Assembly (NCBI GenBank): GCA_031291325.1
Contig: JARLJG010000034.1
Location: forward strand, 3,141 to 67,140
Direction of reading: 5' to 3'
DNA: 64,000 bases
From: Burkholderiaceae bacterium
GTDB taxonomy: Bacteria; Pseudomonadota; Gammaproteobacteria; Burkholderiales; Burkholderiaceae_D
The notes below the pieces were generated by a model. The model was not told the DNA's origin, did no database searches, and saw only the letters and a list, made by a program, of their open reading frames with translations. Shown here piece after piece: positions 8,880 through 18,546 of this stretch (the stretch's first letter is position 1; each line of letters starts with the position of its first letter). The position numbers were made by a program, and so were the translations under genes.

Positions 8880-9623
8880 ATGCTGATTGCCATATTGAGT
8901 GACTTGCACGCCAATCGGGAAGCGTCCGCCGCCTGCCTGGATCACGCCGCCGCGCAGGGTGCCGAGCTGTATGCGTTTCTCGGCGACCTGGTCGGCTACG
9001 GCGCCGACCCAGCCTGGACGGTCGACACGGTCATGGGGTATGCGCAACGCGGCGCCCTGGTGGTGTACGGCAATCACGACCAGGCGGTCGCCCGGCAAGC
9101 CGGTGCGCAGATGAACGCGGTGGCAAGGCAAGCGGTGGAATGGACGCGCGCGCAACTGAGCGCCGAGCAACTTGCGTTTCTCGCCGGCCTGCCGCTGACT
9201 GTGGAGCGCGACGATTGCCTGTTCGTGCACGCCAGCGCCGCCCAACCCGAGCAATGGGAATACGTGACCGACACGCAAGACGCGGTGCGAAGCATGTATG
9301 CGACGCGTTGCCGGATTACCTTTTGCGGCCATGTGCACGGCCCGGCGCTGTATCACATGTCGCCGACCGGGAAGGTCGCGGCCTTTGCGCCGGCGGTCGG
9401 CTATGGCATTCCGCTCGGCCCGCAGCGCCGCTGGCTGGCGATTCCCGGTTCGGTCGGGCAGCCGCGCGACGGCAATCCTGCCGCCGGCTACGCGCTGTAC
9501 GACCAGTACGTGGGGGAGTTGACTTATCACCGCGTGCCCTACGATCACGAAAGCGCGGCCAAGAAAATTCTTGCGGCCGGATTGCCGCCCCGCTTCGCCT
9601 CGCGGCTGGCGCTCGGCGTGTAG
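8880..9623 (+). CDS. Metallophosphoesterase family protein (PPP-type Ser/Thr phosphatase-like)
   Basis: MLIAILSDLHAN...FLGDLVGYG...VYGNHD...FCGHVHG are classic calcineurin-like metallophosphoesterase motifs. The ATG at 8880 was chosen inside track ORF 8844-9623. Confidence 0.8.
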   Translation: MLIAILSDLHANREASAACLDHAAAQGAELYAFLGDLVGYGADPAWTVDTVMGYAQRGALVVYGNHDQAVARQAGAQMNAVARQAVEWTRAQLSAEQLAFLAGLPLTVERDDCLFVHASAAQPEQWEYVTDTQDAVRSMYATRCRITFCGHVHGPALYHMSPTGKVAAFAPAVGYGIPLGPQRRWLAIPGSVGQPRDGNPAAGYALYDQYVGELTYHRVPYDHESAAKKILAAGLPPRFASRLALGV

Positions 9624-9625
9624 CG

Positions 9626-11074
9626 ATGCCGACCACCTTGCGGCCCGAGCCGGGCATGATTATCGACGGCTTCCGTCTTGAAGAACAGTTGCACCAGGGC
9701 GGGATGGCGCTGCTGTGGCGTGTCACGCGCGTCGAGGACAACCAGGACGACAGGAACGAAAGCGGTGCCGCGCTGCCGTTGATGATGAAGATTCCGTTCC
9801 TCGGCGACAACGACGATCCGACTGCCATCGTCGGCTTTGAAGTCGAGCAAATGATCATGCCCAGGTTGAGCGGCCCGCATGTGCCGCTGTTCGTCGCGGC
9901 GGGCGACTTCACCAGCAATCCGTATATCGTGATGGAGCAAATCGCCGGTAATTCGCTGCGCGCCCGCTTCGACGCCGCGCCGCTGGCGGCGAACGAAGTG
10001 GTGGCGATCGGCGCCAAGATTGCCACGGCGCTGCACGATTTGCATCGGCAACAGGTGATACACCTCGACCTCAAACCGAGTAACGTGATGTTCCGCGAAA
10101 ATGGCGAGGCCGTATTGATCGACTTCGGCCTGTCGCGCCACGACAAGCTGCCGGACTTGCTGGCCGAGGAATTCCGCCTGCCGATCGGCACCGCACCGTA
10201 TATTTCGCCGGAACAGGTTCTGCATATCCGCAACGACCCGCGCAGCGACTTGTTTGCGCTGGGTGCGCTGCTTTACCACCTGTGCACCGGCCAGCGCGCG
10301 CATGGCAATCCGAGCTCGGTGCGCGGCTTGCGGCGCCGCCTGTACCGCGATCCCATTCCACCGCGCGCGCACAATCCGCAAATCATGCCCTGGCTGCAGG
10401 AAATCATCCTGCGCTGCCTGGAAGTCGACCCGGCGCGACGCTATGACAGCGCCGCGCAGCTTGCCTTCAACCTGAATCACCCGGAACAAGTGGCGTTGAC
10501 CGAGCGCGCCCTGAAGACCCGCAGCGACCGCTGGCACTGGCTGCTCAAGCGCTGGTTCGACGCCTCCAGCTTCCAGCCGGTCCCGCATCAATCGGCTGGC
10601 CGGCAATTGTCGAAATCGCCCATCGTGGTGGTGGCGATCAATCTGGCGAAAGGGTCGCTGGCGCTCGACGAGGCGCTGCGCACCACCGCGCGGCGCATCC
10701 TGCTCACCGAGCCAGGCGCGCGCCTGGCTTGCGTAACGGTGCAAAAAACCAACCGCATCGGCATGGATGTGTTGACCGACCAGGAAGGGCAAAACCTGCA
10801 CGTCAAGCACCTGGTGGAACTCAAGCATTGGGCCAGGCCATTGCAACTCGCGGGCGACCGCACCACCTTTCACGTGCTGGAAGCGCCCGATCCGGCTGCC
10901 GCCATCGTCGACTATGCGCGCAGCAACGATGTCGACCACATCGTCATCGGCTCGCGCGGCACTTCGATGCTGCGCCGCTACCTGGGCAGCGTGTCGTCGC
11001 AGGTGGTGGCGCAAGCCGATTGCAGCGTGACGGTCGTCAAGTCGCCGCGCGCCGCGCAGGAGCGGAGGAATTGA
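9626..11074 (+). CDS. Ser/Thr protein kinase fused to a C-terminal universal stress protein (USP) domain
   Basis: The ATG at 9626 is 2 nt after the phosphoesterase stop. Hanks kinase motifs are present: HLDLKPSNVMF, IDFGLS, TAPYISPEQ. The C-terminus (VVVAINL...HIVIGSRGTSMLRRYLGSVSSQVVAQADCSVTVVK) is USP-like. Confidence 0.85.
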   Translation: MPTTLRPEPGMIIDGFRLEEQLHQGGMALLWRVTRVEDNQDDRNESGAALPLMMKIPFLGDNDDPTAIVGFEVEQMIMPRLSGPHVPLFVAAGDFTSNPYIVMEQIAGNSLRARFDAAPLAANEVVAIGAKIATALHDLHRQQVIHLDLKPSNVMFRENGEAVLIDFGLSRHDKLPDLLAEEFRLPIGTAPYISPEQVLHIRNDPRSDLFALGALLYHLCTGQRAHGNPSSVRGLRRRLYRDPIPPRAHNPQIMPWLQEIILRCLEVDPARRYDSAAQLAFNLNHPEQVALTERALKTRSDRWHWLLKRWFDASSFQPVPHQSAGRQLSKSPIVVVAINLAKGSLALDEALRTTARRILLTEPGARLACVTVQKTNRIGMDVLTDQEGQNLHVKHLVELKHWARPLQLAGDRTTFHVLEAPDPAAAIVDYARSNDVDHIVIGSRGTSMLRRYLGSVSSQVVAQADCSVTVVKSPRAAQERRN

Positions 11075-11133
11075 AGCCGATATTGCGATACTAGCGTCTA
11101 AAAATTGCATTATTCTTTCGACGTTGCGCGCTT

Positions 11134-11222
11134 TGCACCCCTCTCCCGCCTACGCTGGTCATTACCCACAAGTGCATGCAAGGGCTACACTCCTCTCTGC
11201 CCGCTTGCGGGAGAGGGGTGCA
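11134..11222. repeat. 16-nt perfect inverted repeat (REP-like hairpin) downstream of the kinase gene
   Basis: tgcacccctctcccgc (11134-11149) pairs with gcgggagaggggtgca (11207-11222). A nested alternative stem cctctctgcccgc/gcgggagagg is also present. Confidence 0.6.
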
Positions 11223-11331
11223 TTGAGCGTAATTTTGAAAAAATACCTGGGAAATACCACGCATGGGTATTCATGCCGTCGATTCTCCCGTAAAGTGGCA
11301 ATATCACTTAATCAGCTTCCCTAAACCGATC

Positions 11332-12033
11332 ATGCGTATTTTGCTTGCCGAAGACGACAGCGTGTTGGCCGACGGCCTGACACGGTCCTTGCGCCAATCC
11401 GGCTACGTGACCGATTGCGTGGGCAGCGGCACCGAGGCCGATACCGCGTTGGCGACCCAGGATTTCGATTTGCTCATTCTCGACCTGGGGCTGCCGAAAA
11501 TGTCCGGCCTGGAAGTCTTGCGGCGCTTGCGCTCGCGCAATTCGCGCGTGCCGGTGTTGATCCTGACGGCGGTCGATTCGGTCGAACAGCGCGTCAAGGG
11601 GCTGGACCTGGGCGCCGACGATTACATGGCCAAGCCGTTTGCGTTGTCCGAACTGGAGGCGCGCGTGCGCGCGCTGACGCGGCGCGGCGCCGGCGGCGGG
11701 CCGACGGTCATCAAGCATGGCCCGCTGTGTTACGATCAAGTGGGGCGCATCGCCACCATCAACGATCAAATGCTGGATTTATCCGCGCGCGAACTGGGCT
11801 TGCTGGAAATTTTGCTGCAACGCACCGGACGCCTGGTCTCGAAAGAGCAGCTGGTAGACCATCTGTGCGAATGGGGCGACGAAGTCAGCAACAATGCGAT
11901 CGAAGTGTATATTCACCGGCTGCGCAAGAAGATCGAAATCGGCGGCATCCGCATCGCCACCGTGCGCGGGCTTGGATATTGTCTTGAGAAAATTCCCGAC
12001 GCGCCCGGCGCCAATGCGCCGGGCACCAGCTAG
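11332..12033 (+). CDS. OmpR/PhoB-family response regulator
   Basis: MRILLAEDDSVLADGL...DLLILDLGLPKMSG...ADDYMAKPF (receiver domain) plus a winged-helix C-terminus (...IEVYIHRLRKKI...TVRGLGY). ATG at 11332 within track ORF 11263-12033. Confidence 0.92.
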   Translation: MRILLAEDDSVLADGLTRSLRQSGYVTDCVGSGTEADTALATQDFDLLILDLGLPKMSGLEVLRRLRSRNSRVPVLILTAVDSVEQRVKGLDLGADDYMAKPFALSELEARVRALTRRGAGGGPTVIKHGPLCYDQVGRIATINDQMLDLSARELGLLEILLQRTGRLVSKEQLVDHLCEWGDEVSNNAIEVYIHRLRKKIEIGGIRIATVRGLGYCLEKIPDAPGANAPGTS

Positions 12034-13596
12034 ATGATATTTTACGACGATCGTCCCGCACAAGAATCCCCATCGGTCGACGACCTGGCGTCCGAACAGT
12101 CGACCATACCGTTTCAATTCGCGACCCAGCCGGAAGAGCATATTCAGCGCTCGCTGTTCGGCGAAATCCTCGACTGGATGATGGTGCCGCTTTTGCTGCT
12201 GTGGCCGATCAGTATCGGCGTCACTTACCTGGTCGCCAAATCGATTGCCAATCAACCTTTCGACCGGGCGCTGGAGGATCGCGTCACGGTGCTGGCGCAA
12301 CAGGTCAAGGAGCAAAAAGGCAAGCCGGTGCTGGCGATGCCGCCGGCTGCGCGCGATATTTTCCGCGCCGACGATGTCGACAATGTCTATTTTCAATTGA
12401 CCGGGCCTGTCGGCGAACAAATCGACGGCGACCGCGAAATTCCGCTGCCCGCCGACGAAGAAAAACCGCCGGTCTGGATCGTGCAATTCCGTTACGATTC
12501 GATTCGCAATACCGAGGTAAGGATCGCCTACATGTACGTGGACGTGCACCGTTCGGCCAGGGAGCGCGCCGGCGCCGCCACTTCGGACCTGGCGTTAGTG
12601 CAGGTGGCGGAGACGCTGGACAAACGCATGGAACTGGCCAATCAAATCGTCAAGGGCGTCATCTTCCCGGAATTCATCATCCTGCCGGTGGCCTTGGCCC
12701 TGGTGTGGTTTGCGCTGTCGCGCGGGCTGTTGCCGCTGGCCGAATTGCAGCAGCGCATCCGCCGCAGGCCGCCGGGCGATCTTTCGCCGATCGACTCGGG
12801 CCAGGTGCCGGAAGAAATTTCGCCGCTGGTGCGCTCGCTCAACGACATGCTGGAACGGTTGTCCTCCAACATCGACATGCAAAAGCGCTTTATCGCCGAC
12901 GCCGCGCATCAGATGAAAACACCGTTGGCCGGCATGCGCATGCAATCCGAACTCGCGCTGCGGCAAACCAGCCAGGAAGAAATCCACCGCTCGCTGTTGC
13001 AGCTCGCCAAAAGTTCGGATTCGGCGACCCGCCTGGTCAACCAGTTGCTGGCGCTGGCTCGGGCGGAAAACCAGACCCCGGACACCAATCCCCTGATTCC
13101 GCTGGAACTGGCGCAACTGGCCCGAGAAGTAGTGCAAGCGTGGGTGCAAACGTCGTTTACCAGCCAGATCGATCTCGGTTTCGAGGGTTCGGACGATAGA
13201 CTGGTGGTGATGGGCAATCCCACCATGCTGCGCGAAATGCTGAACAATCTGCTCGACAACGCGTTGCGCTATACGCCACCGAAGGGCAGCGTCACGGTGC
13301 GCGTGCGCGCCGATGTCGAAGGCCGTCTGGCGATCCTGGAGATCGAGGATACCGGGCCCGGCATCCCGGCAGCCGAACGGTCGCATGTCTTCGAGCGTTT
13401 CTACCGCATCCTCGGCAGCAATGCGGAGGGCAGCGGCCTGGGCTTGGCGATCGTGCGCGAAATCGTCGAGCGCCATCGCGCCGAAATCGACATATTCAAC
13501 AATCCGCGCAGCCACGACTTGAAATTCCCCGGCAGCTTGTTCCGCATTTCCCTGCCGATTGAACTGTACGCCGCGAACATGGAAAACCTCGTATGA
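12034..13596 (+). CDS. Sensor histidine kinase (TctE-like N-terminal sensor, HisKA, HATPase)
   Basis: The start abuts the regulator stop (TAGATG). H-box FIADAAHQMKTPLA; N box LLDNALRYTP; G boxes EDTGPGIP and GSGLGLAIV. Confidence 0.92.
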   Translation: MIFYDDRPAQESPSVDDLASEQSTIPFQFATQPEEHIQRSLFGEILDWMMVPLLLLWPISIGVTYLVAKSIANQPFDRALEDRVTVLAQQVKEQKGKPVLAMPPAARDIFRADDVDNVYFQLTGPVGEQIDGDREIPLPADEEKPPVWIVQFRYDSIRNTEVRIAYMYVDVHRSARERAGAATSDLALVQVAETLDKRMELANQIVKGVIFPEFIILPVALALVWFALSRGLLPLAELQQRIRRRPPGDLSPIDSGQVPEEISPLVRSLNDMLERLSSNIDMQKRFIADAAHQMKTPLAGMRMQSELALRQTSQEEIHRSLLQLAKSSDSATRLVNQLLALARAENQTPDTNPLIPLELAQLAREVVQAWVQTSFTSQIDLGFEGSDDRLVVMGNPTMLREMLNNLLDNALRYTPPKGSVTVRVRADVEGRLAILEIEDTGPGIPAAERSHVFERFYRILGSNAEGSGLGLAIVREIVERHRAEIDIFNNPRSHDLKFPGSLFRISLPIELYAANMENLV

Positions 13597-13871
13597 ACGC
13601 CCCGTCGTCGAAACCGCTCACCCCGCGTCGACTTTACTGGCTGCGCACACGGCGCCTGACCTGGCAATTGCTGTTGGTGTGGTTTCTCGCCACCTTCGGC
13701 ATGATTTTTTTCGCCCGCGAATTGTCGAACTTCACCTTCTTCGGCTGGCCCTTGTCGTTTTACCTGATGGCGCAGGGCGCAGTCGTGTTTTATACCGCGC
13801 TGGTCGCGGTCTACGCGTTCAAAATGCGCAAGCTCGATAAAAGTCTTGGGAACGGCGATGGCGTCAAATAA
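13593..13871 (+). CDS. DUF4212 small membrane subunit of a sodium:solute symporter
   Basis: 92-aa protein with two TM segments (RRLTWQLLLVWFLATFGMIFF..., WPLSFYLMAQGAVVFYTALVAVY). It overlaps the kinase stop by 4 nt and precedes an SSF transporter, the usual pairing. Confidence 0.8.
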   Translation: MNAPSSKPLTPRRLYWLRTRRLTWQLLLVWFLATFGMIFFARELSNFTFFGWPLSFYLMAQGAVVFYTALVAVYAFKMRKLDKSLGNGDGVK

Positions 13872-15897
13872 GGTCTTCGCGGAAAAGCTGAGCCGCTACT
13901 ATAGCTGGTACACGATCGGCTTCGTTTTTTTCCTGGCGGTGTTGGCGATCCTCGAACGCGAAGGTTTCCCGCGCGTCTGGATCGGCTACCTGTTCATGTT
14001 CGCGACCATTTTGCTGTACGCATGGATCGGCGTGGTCAGCCGCACCTCGGACGTGTCCGAGTATTATGTCGCCGGACGCCGCGTGCCGGCCATCTTCAAC
14101 GGCATGGCCACCGCCGCCGACTGGATGTCGGCCGCCACCTTCATCAGCCTGGCCGGCGGCTTGTATCTGCAAGGCTTCGACGGCCTGGCCTATATCGTCG
14201 GCTGGACCGGCGGATTCTGCCTGGTAGCCTTGCTGGTCGCGCCCTTCCTGCGCAAATTCGGCCAGTACACGGTTCCCGATTTCTTGGCCGCGCGCTATGT
14301 CGGCCGCTATAGCGGCAACCTGATCCGCATCCTGGCGGTGATCGCCACCATCCTGATTTCGTTTACCTACGTGGTCGCGCAAATCTATGGCGTCGGCCTG
14401 ATTACCTCGCGCTTTACCGGGGTCGATTTCTCGATCGGCATTTTCCTCGGGCTGGCCAGCATCCTGGTGTGTTCGTTCCTGGGCGGCATGCGGGCGATCA
14501 CCTGGACCCAGATCGCCCAATACATCATCTTGTTGATCGCCTACATGACGCCGGTGGTGTGGCTGTCGATGAAGTACACGCACAACCCGGTGCCGCAAAT
14601 CGCCTATGGCCAGGTGCTGGATAAATTGAGCCTGCGCGAAACCGCGCTGACCAACGATCCCAAGGAGCGCGAAGTGCGCGCCATCTTTCAACAGCGCGCC
14701 GACGACTACGAGCACAAGCTGAAAACTCTGCCGAAATCGTGGGAAAGCGGGCGCCTGGAAGCGGAACGCCAGCTCGAAACGAAAAAAACCAGTAGCGCCT
14801 CGCTGATCGACGTGCGCGGCGCTGCACGCGATTTGAGCGACTATCCGCGCACACCGGAAGAAGCGGAGAGAAGATGGATAGAAGCGAAAGCCACCAATCT
14901 GGCGCGCGCCGAGCCGGTGGCTTCCCACAGCACGCCTTTTCCGGCGAAAGATCGCGCAAGCTCGGACGCCAAACGCAACAATTTCCTGGCCTTGGTGCTA
15001 TGCCTGATGATGGGCACCGCAGCGTTGCCGCATATCCTGGTGCGCTTTTACACGACCCCGTCGGTGCAGGAAACCCGCAAGTCGGTGTTCTGGGCGCTGT
15101 TTTTCATCATGTTGCTGTACACCGCCATTCCGGCGCTGGCCATCCTGGTCAAATACGACATCTACACCACCCTGGTTGGCAGCGAATATGCCAAACTGCC
15201 GGCCTGGGTATCGTATTGGGCCAGCGTCGACAAAGTCAATCCGCTGATCTCGATTACCGACCTCAACCACGACGGCATTGTCCAGCTGGGCGAGATTTTC
15301 ATCGATGGCGACATGATCGTGCTGGCCACGCCGGAAATCGCCGGCCTGCCTTACGTGATCTCAGGCCTGGTGGCAGCCGGCGGCCTGGCCGCCGCCTTGT
15401 CCACCGCCGACGGCTTGCTGTTGACGATTTCCAACGGCTTGTCGCACGACATTTACTACAAGACCATCGACCCGGGCGCCTCCACGCAAAAACGCGTGAC
15501 CGTCTCCAAGCTGTTGCTGCTGGTGGTCGCGCTGGTGGCAGCGTATGCGGCGTCGATGAAGCCGGGCGACATTCTTTCGCTGGTCGGCGCTGCGTTCTCG
15601 CTGGCCGCCTCGGCACTGTTTCCTGCACTAGTGTTGGGCGTTTTCTGGAAACGGGCGAACCAACAAGGTGCAATTGCGGGCATGGTGTTCGGCTCTGCAC
15701 TGTGCATCTACTATATGGCGCACACCAATCCGGCACTTGGCGGATCGTCGGCCAACCTGTGGTTCCAGATTGCACCGTTTTCCGCTGGCGTATTCGGCGT
15801 GCCACTGGGCTTCCTGGCAATTGCGGTGGTGAGCCTGCTGACGCCGCCGCCAGACCTGCGTACCCAGGCCCTGGTCGATCACTTGCGCTCGCCATAG
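13858..15897 (+). CDS. Sodium:solute symporter family transporter (DUF4212-associated subfamily)
   Basis: ~680-aa polytopic membrane protein with a long cytoplasmic insert. It overlaps the end of the DUF4212 gene. I prefer the ATG at 13858 over the TTG at 13846. Confidence 0.88.
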   Translation: MASNKVFAEKLSRYYSWYTIGFVFFLAVLAILEREGFPRVWIGYLFMFATILLYAWIGVVSRTSDVSEYYVAGRRVPAIFNGMATAADWMSAATFISLAGGLYLQGFDGLAYIVGWTGGFCLVALLVAPFLRKFGQYTVPDFLAARYVGRYSGNLIRILAVIATILISFTYVVAQIYGVGLITSRFTGVDFSIGIFLGLASILVCSFLGGMRAITWTQIAQYIILLIAYMTPVVWLSMKYTHNPVPQIAYGQVLDKLSLRETALTNDPKEREVRAIFQQRADDYEHKLKTLPKSWESGRLEAERQLETKKTSSASLIDVRGAARDLSDYPRTPEEAERRWIEAKATNLARAEPVASHSTPFPAKDRASSDAKRNNFLALVLCLMMGTAALPHILVRFYTTPSVQETRKSVFWALFFIMLLYTAIPALAILVKYDIYTTLVGSEYAKLPAWVSYWASVDKVNPLISITDLNHDGIVQLGEIFIDGDMIVLATPEIAGLPYVISGLVAAGGLAAALSTADGLLLTISNGLSHDIYYKTIDPGASTQKRVTVSKLLLLVVALVAAYAASMKPGDILSLVGAAFSLAASALFPALVLGVFWKRANQQGAIAGMVFGSALCIYYMAHTNPALGGSSANLWFQIAPFSAGVFGVPLGFLAIAVVSLLTPPPDLRTQALVDHLRSP

Positions 15898-15984
15898 GCA
15901 AGCGCGCACCAAAAGCGCACTACATGATTAGTTTCTGACAATTTTTTTACTTATGAATCGCACCAAAACCGCACGGCTTCAGGG

Positions 15985-16001
15985 CTGGCACAATCCTTGA
16001 T
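15985..16001 (+). promoter_or_regulatory. Possible sigma-54 promoter (TGGCAC-N5-TTGA) upstream of the ATP-grasp operon
   Basis: ctggcacaatccttgat sits 58 nt upstream of the ATG at 16059 and matches the -24 GG / -12 TG(C) spacing, with one mismatch at -12. Two copies of CGCACCAAAASCGCAC lie upstream (15905-15920, 15959-15974). Confidence 0.35.
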
Positions 16002-16058
16002 AAGATAGCTAGTGTACGCAGGCCCGCCGTCAACGATAAACGAAGAAAACATACCGCT

Positions 16059-17474
16059 ATGCCGAAATTCTTTGACGAAATGTATGCCGACGAAACCGGC
16101 ACGGTTCGCAAGCACTACCGCGAATTCGAGGCTTGGCTGGCGGAACAACCGCCCGACACGATCGCCCACAAACGCGCCGAAGCGGACCTGATCTTCCGCC
16201 GCGTCGGCATCACCTTCGCGGTGTACGGCAACGATGCCGGCACCGAGCGATTGATACCGTTCGACATCATCCCGCGCATCATCACTGCCGACGAGTGGAG
16301 CAAGCTCGAAGCCGGCCTGGTGCAGCGCGTCAAGACGTTGAACATGTTCATCCACGATATTTATCACGAGCAGAAAATCGTCAAGGCGGGCGTGATTCCG
16401 CCGGAGCAGATTTTCCAGAATGCGCAATATCGACCCGAGATGCAGGGGGTTTCGGTCAGTTCCGACATCTATGCGCACATTGCCGGGGTCGATATCGTGC
16501 GCGCCGGCGCCGGCGAATTCTACGTGCTGGAAGACAATCTGCGCGTGCCTTCCGGCGTGTCGTACATGCTGGAAAACCGCAAGATGATGATGCGGCTGTT
16601 TCCCGAATTGTTCGCACGCCACAAGGTCGCGCCGGTCGCGCACTACCCGGACATGCTGCTCGACAACCTGCGCTCGGTGGCGCCGACCGGCGTGACCGAC
16701 CCGACTGTAGTCGTGATGACGCCAGGCATGTATAACTCGGCCTACTTCGAGCATGCCTTCCTGGCGCAGCAGATGGGCGTGGAACTGGTCGAGGGCCAGG
16801 ATTTATTCGTCGACAACGACGTGGTCTACATGCGCACCACGCGCGGCCCGAAACGGGTGGACGTGATTTACCGCCGCATCGACGACGACTACCTCGATCC
16901 GTTGGCATTCCGCGCCGACTCGTCGCTGGGCGTGCCGGGACTGCTGGCAGCCTATCGCGCCGGCCGCGTCACCTTGACCAATGCGATCGGCACCGGCGTC
17001 GCCGACGACAAGTCGATTTATCCATTCGTGCCGGACATGGTGAAATTTTACCTGTCCGAGGAACCGATCTTGAATAACGTGCCGACCTACCAATGCCGGA
17101 AAAAGGCCGACCTGGCCTACACGCTCGACCATTTGCCGGAACTGGTGGTCAAGGAAGTGCATGGCGCCGGCGGTTACGGGATGCTGGTCGGCCCGGCTTC
17201 CAGCAAGGCCGAGATCGAAGATTTCCGCCAGCGCCTGCTGGCCAAGCCGGAAGGTTATATCGCGCAGCCGACGCTGGCGCTATCGGCCTGCCCGACCTTT
17301 GTCGAATCCGGCGTGGCCCCGCGCCATATCGATTTCCGCCCGTTTGTGCTGTCCGGCAAGAATGTTTCGATGGTGCCCGGCGGCTTGACCCGGGTGGCCT
17401 TGGCCGAAGGCTCGCTGGTGGTCAATTCGTCGCAAGGCGGTGGCACTAAAGACACCTGGATTTTGGAGAAATGA
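16059..17474 (+). CDS. Circularly permuted type-2 ATP-grasp protein (DUF404/DUF407)
   Basis: 471-aa ORF MPKFFDEMYADETGTVRKHYREFEAWL...; recognisable as this family and followed by an alpha-E gene with a 4-nt overlap. Confidence 0.85.
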   Translation: MPKFFDEMYADETGTVRKHYREFEAWLAEQPPDTIAHKRAEADLIFRRVGITFAVYGNDAGTERLIPFDIIPRIITADEWSKLEAGLVQRVKTLNMFIHDIYHEQKIVKAGVIPPEQIFQNAQYRPEMQGVSVSSDIYAHIAGVDIVRAGAGEFYVLEDNLRVPSGVSYMLENRKMMMRLFPELFARHKVAPVAHYPDMLLDNLRSVAPTGVTDPTVVVMTPGMYNSAYFEHAFLAQQMGVELVEGQDLFVDNDVVYMRTTRGPKRVDVIYRRIDDDYLDPLAFRADSSLGVPGLLAAYRAGRVTLTNAIGTGVADDKSIYPFVPDMVKFYLSEEPILNNVPTYQCRKKADLAYTLDHLPELVVKEVHGAGGYGMLVGPASSKAEIEDFRQRLLAKPEGYIAQPTLALSACPTFVESGVAPRHIDFRPFVLSGKNVSMVPGGLTRVALAEGSLVVNSSQGGGTKDTWILEK

Positions 17475-18448
17475 TGCTGAGTCGAACTGCCGACCATTTG
17501 TTCTGGATGGCGCGCTACACGGAGCGCGCCGAAAATACCGCCCGCATGCTCGACGTCAATGTGCAAACCTCGCTGCTGCCGCAATCGGCCGAAGCGAACG
17601 AACGCGGTTGGCGCGCCATGCTCGGCATTTCCGAGCTGCAAAGCCGCTTCGACGAGAAATACGATGTGCTGACCGCCAGGGACGTGATCGATTTCATGGT
17701 GCGCGAGCCGAGCAATCCCTCCTCGATCGCCTCTTGCCTGCACGCAGCGCGGGAAAACGCGCGCGCGGTGCGCGGCACGCTGACCACGGAAGTGTGGGAA
17801 ACCCAGAACGCGACCTGGCTGGAAGTCAAGGACAGGTTGCGCGACAATCGTCTGGAACAAGACCCGAGCCAATTCTTCGAGTGGGTCAAATACCGCTCGC
17901 ACCTGTCGCGCGGCGTCACCATCGGCACCATGCTCAAGGACGAAGCGCTGTATTTCATCCGTCTCGGCACGTTTCTCGAACGCGCCGACAATACGGCGCG
18001 CCTGTTGGACGTGAAATTCCACAATGCCGAACACTTGGGCAAGGCAGAACAACGGCAGCGCCAAAGCAGCGATCCCGAGCCGCAAAACGATTTCTATTAT
18101 TGGGCGGCGATATTGCGCTCGGTGTCGGGATTCGAGGTCTATCGCAAGGTCTATCGCGACCTCATCACGCCGGCGCGCGTGGCCGAGTTCCTGATCTTGC
18201 GCGGCGACATGCCGCGCTCCCTGCTGGCCTGCATGGATGAAGTGATCACTACCCTGGGCGAAGTCGGCAACCAGGCGTCAGCCGATACCGAGCGCTTCGC
18301 CGGAAAATTGCATGCCGAGCTGCGTTTCAATCGCATCGACGACATCTTGCAGCAAGGCTTGCACGATTACCTGACCAAGTTCCTGGAACGCGTCTACGAA
18401 CTGGGCAATCGGGTCAGCAAGGATTTTCTGGTGCCGCTGGCCGGATAG
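17471..18448 (+). CDS. Alpha-E domain protein (DUF403)
   Basis: MLSRTADHLFWMARYTERAENTARMLDV... is the characteristic alpha-E N-terminus. The gene is translationally coupled to the ATP-grasp gene. Confidence 0.85.
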   Translation: MMLSRTADHLFWMARYTERAENTARMLDVNVQTSLLPQSAEANERGWRAMLGISELQSRFDEKYDVLTARDVIDFMVREPSNPSSIASCLHAARENARAVRGTLTTEVWETQNATWLEVKDRLRDNRLEQDPSQFFEWVKYRSHLSRGVTIGTMLKDEALYFIRLGTFLERADNTARLLDVKFHNAEHLGKAEQRQRQSSDPEPQNDFYYWAAILRSVSGFEVYRKVYRDLITPARVAEFLILRGDMPRSLLACMDEVITTLGEVGNQASADTERFAGKLHAELRFNRIDDILQQGLHDYLTKFLERVYELGNRVSKDFLVPLAG

Positions 18449-18546
18449 GCGTTCTTGTCGGAAGGCGCTACCGTAGAAATACTGCGCCTGCCGTTTTCCC
18501 GGTTTTCCATCTATGAAAATCGTAGCGGCTGGCGCATCATCTAGCC

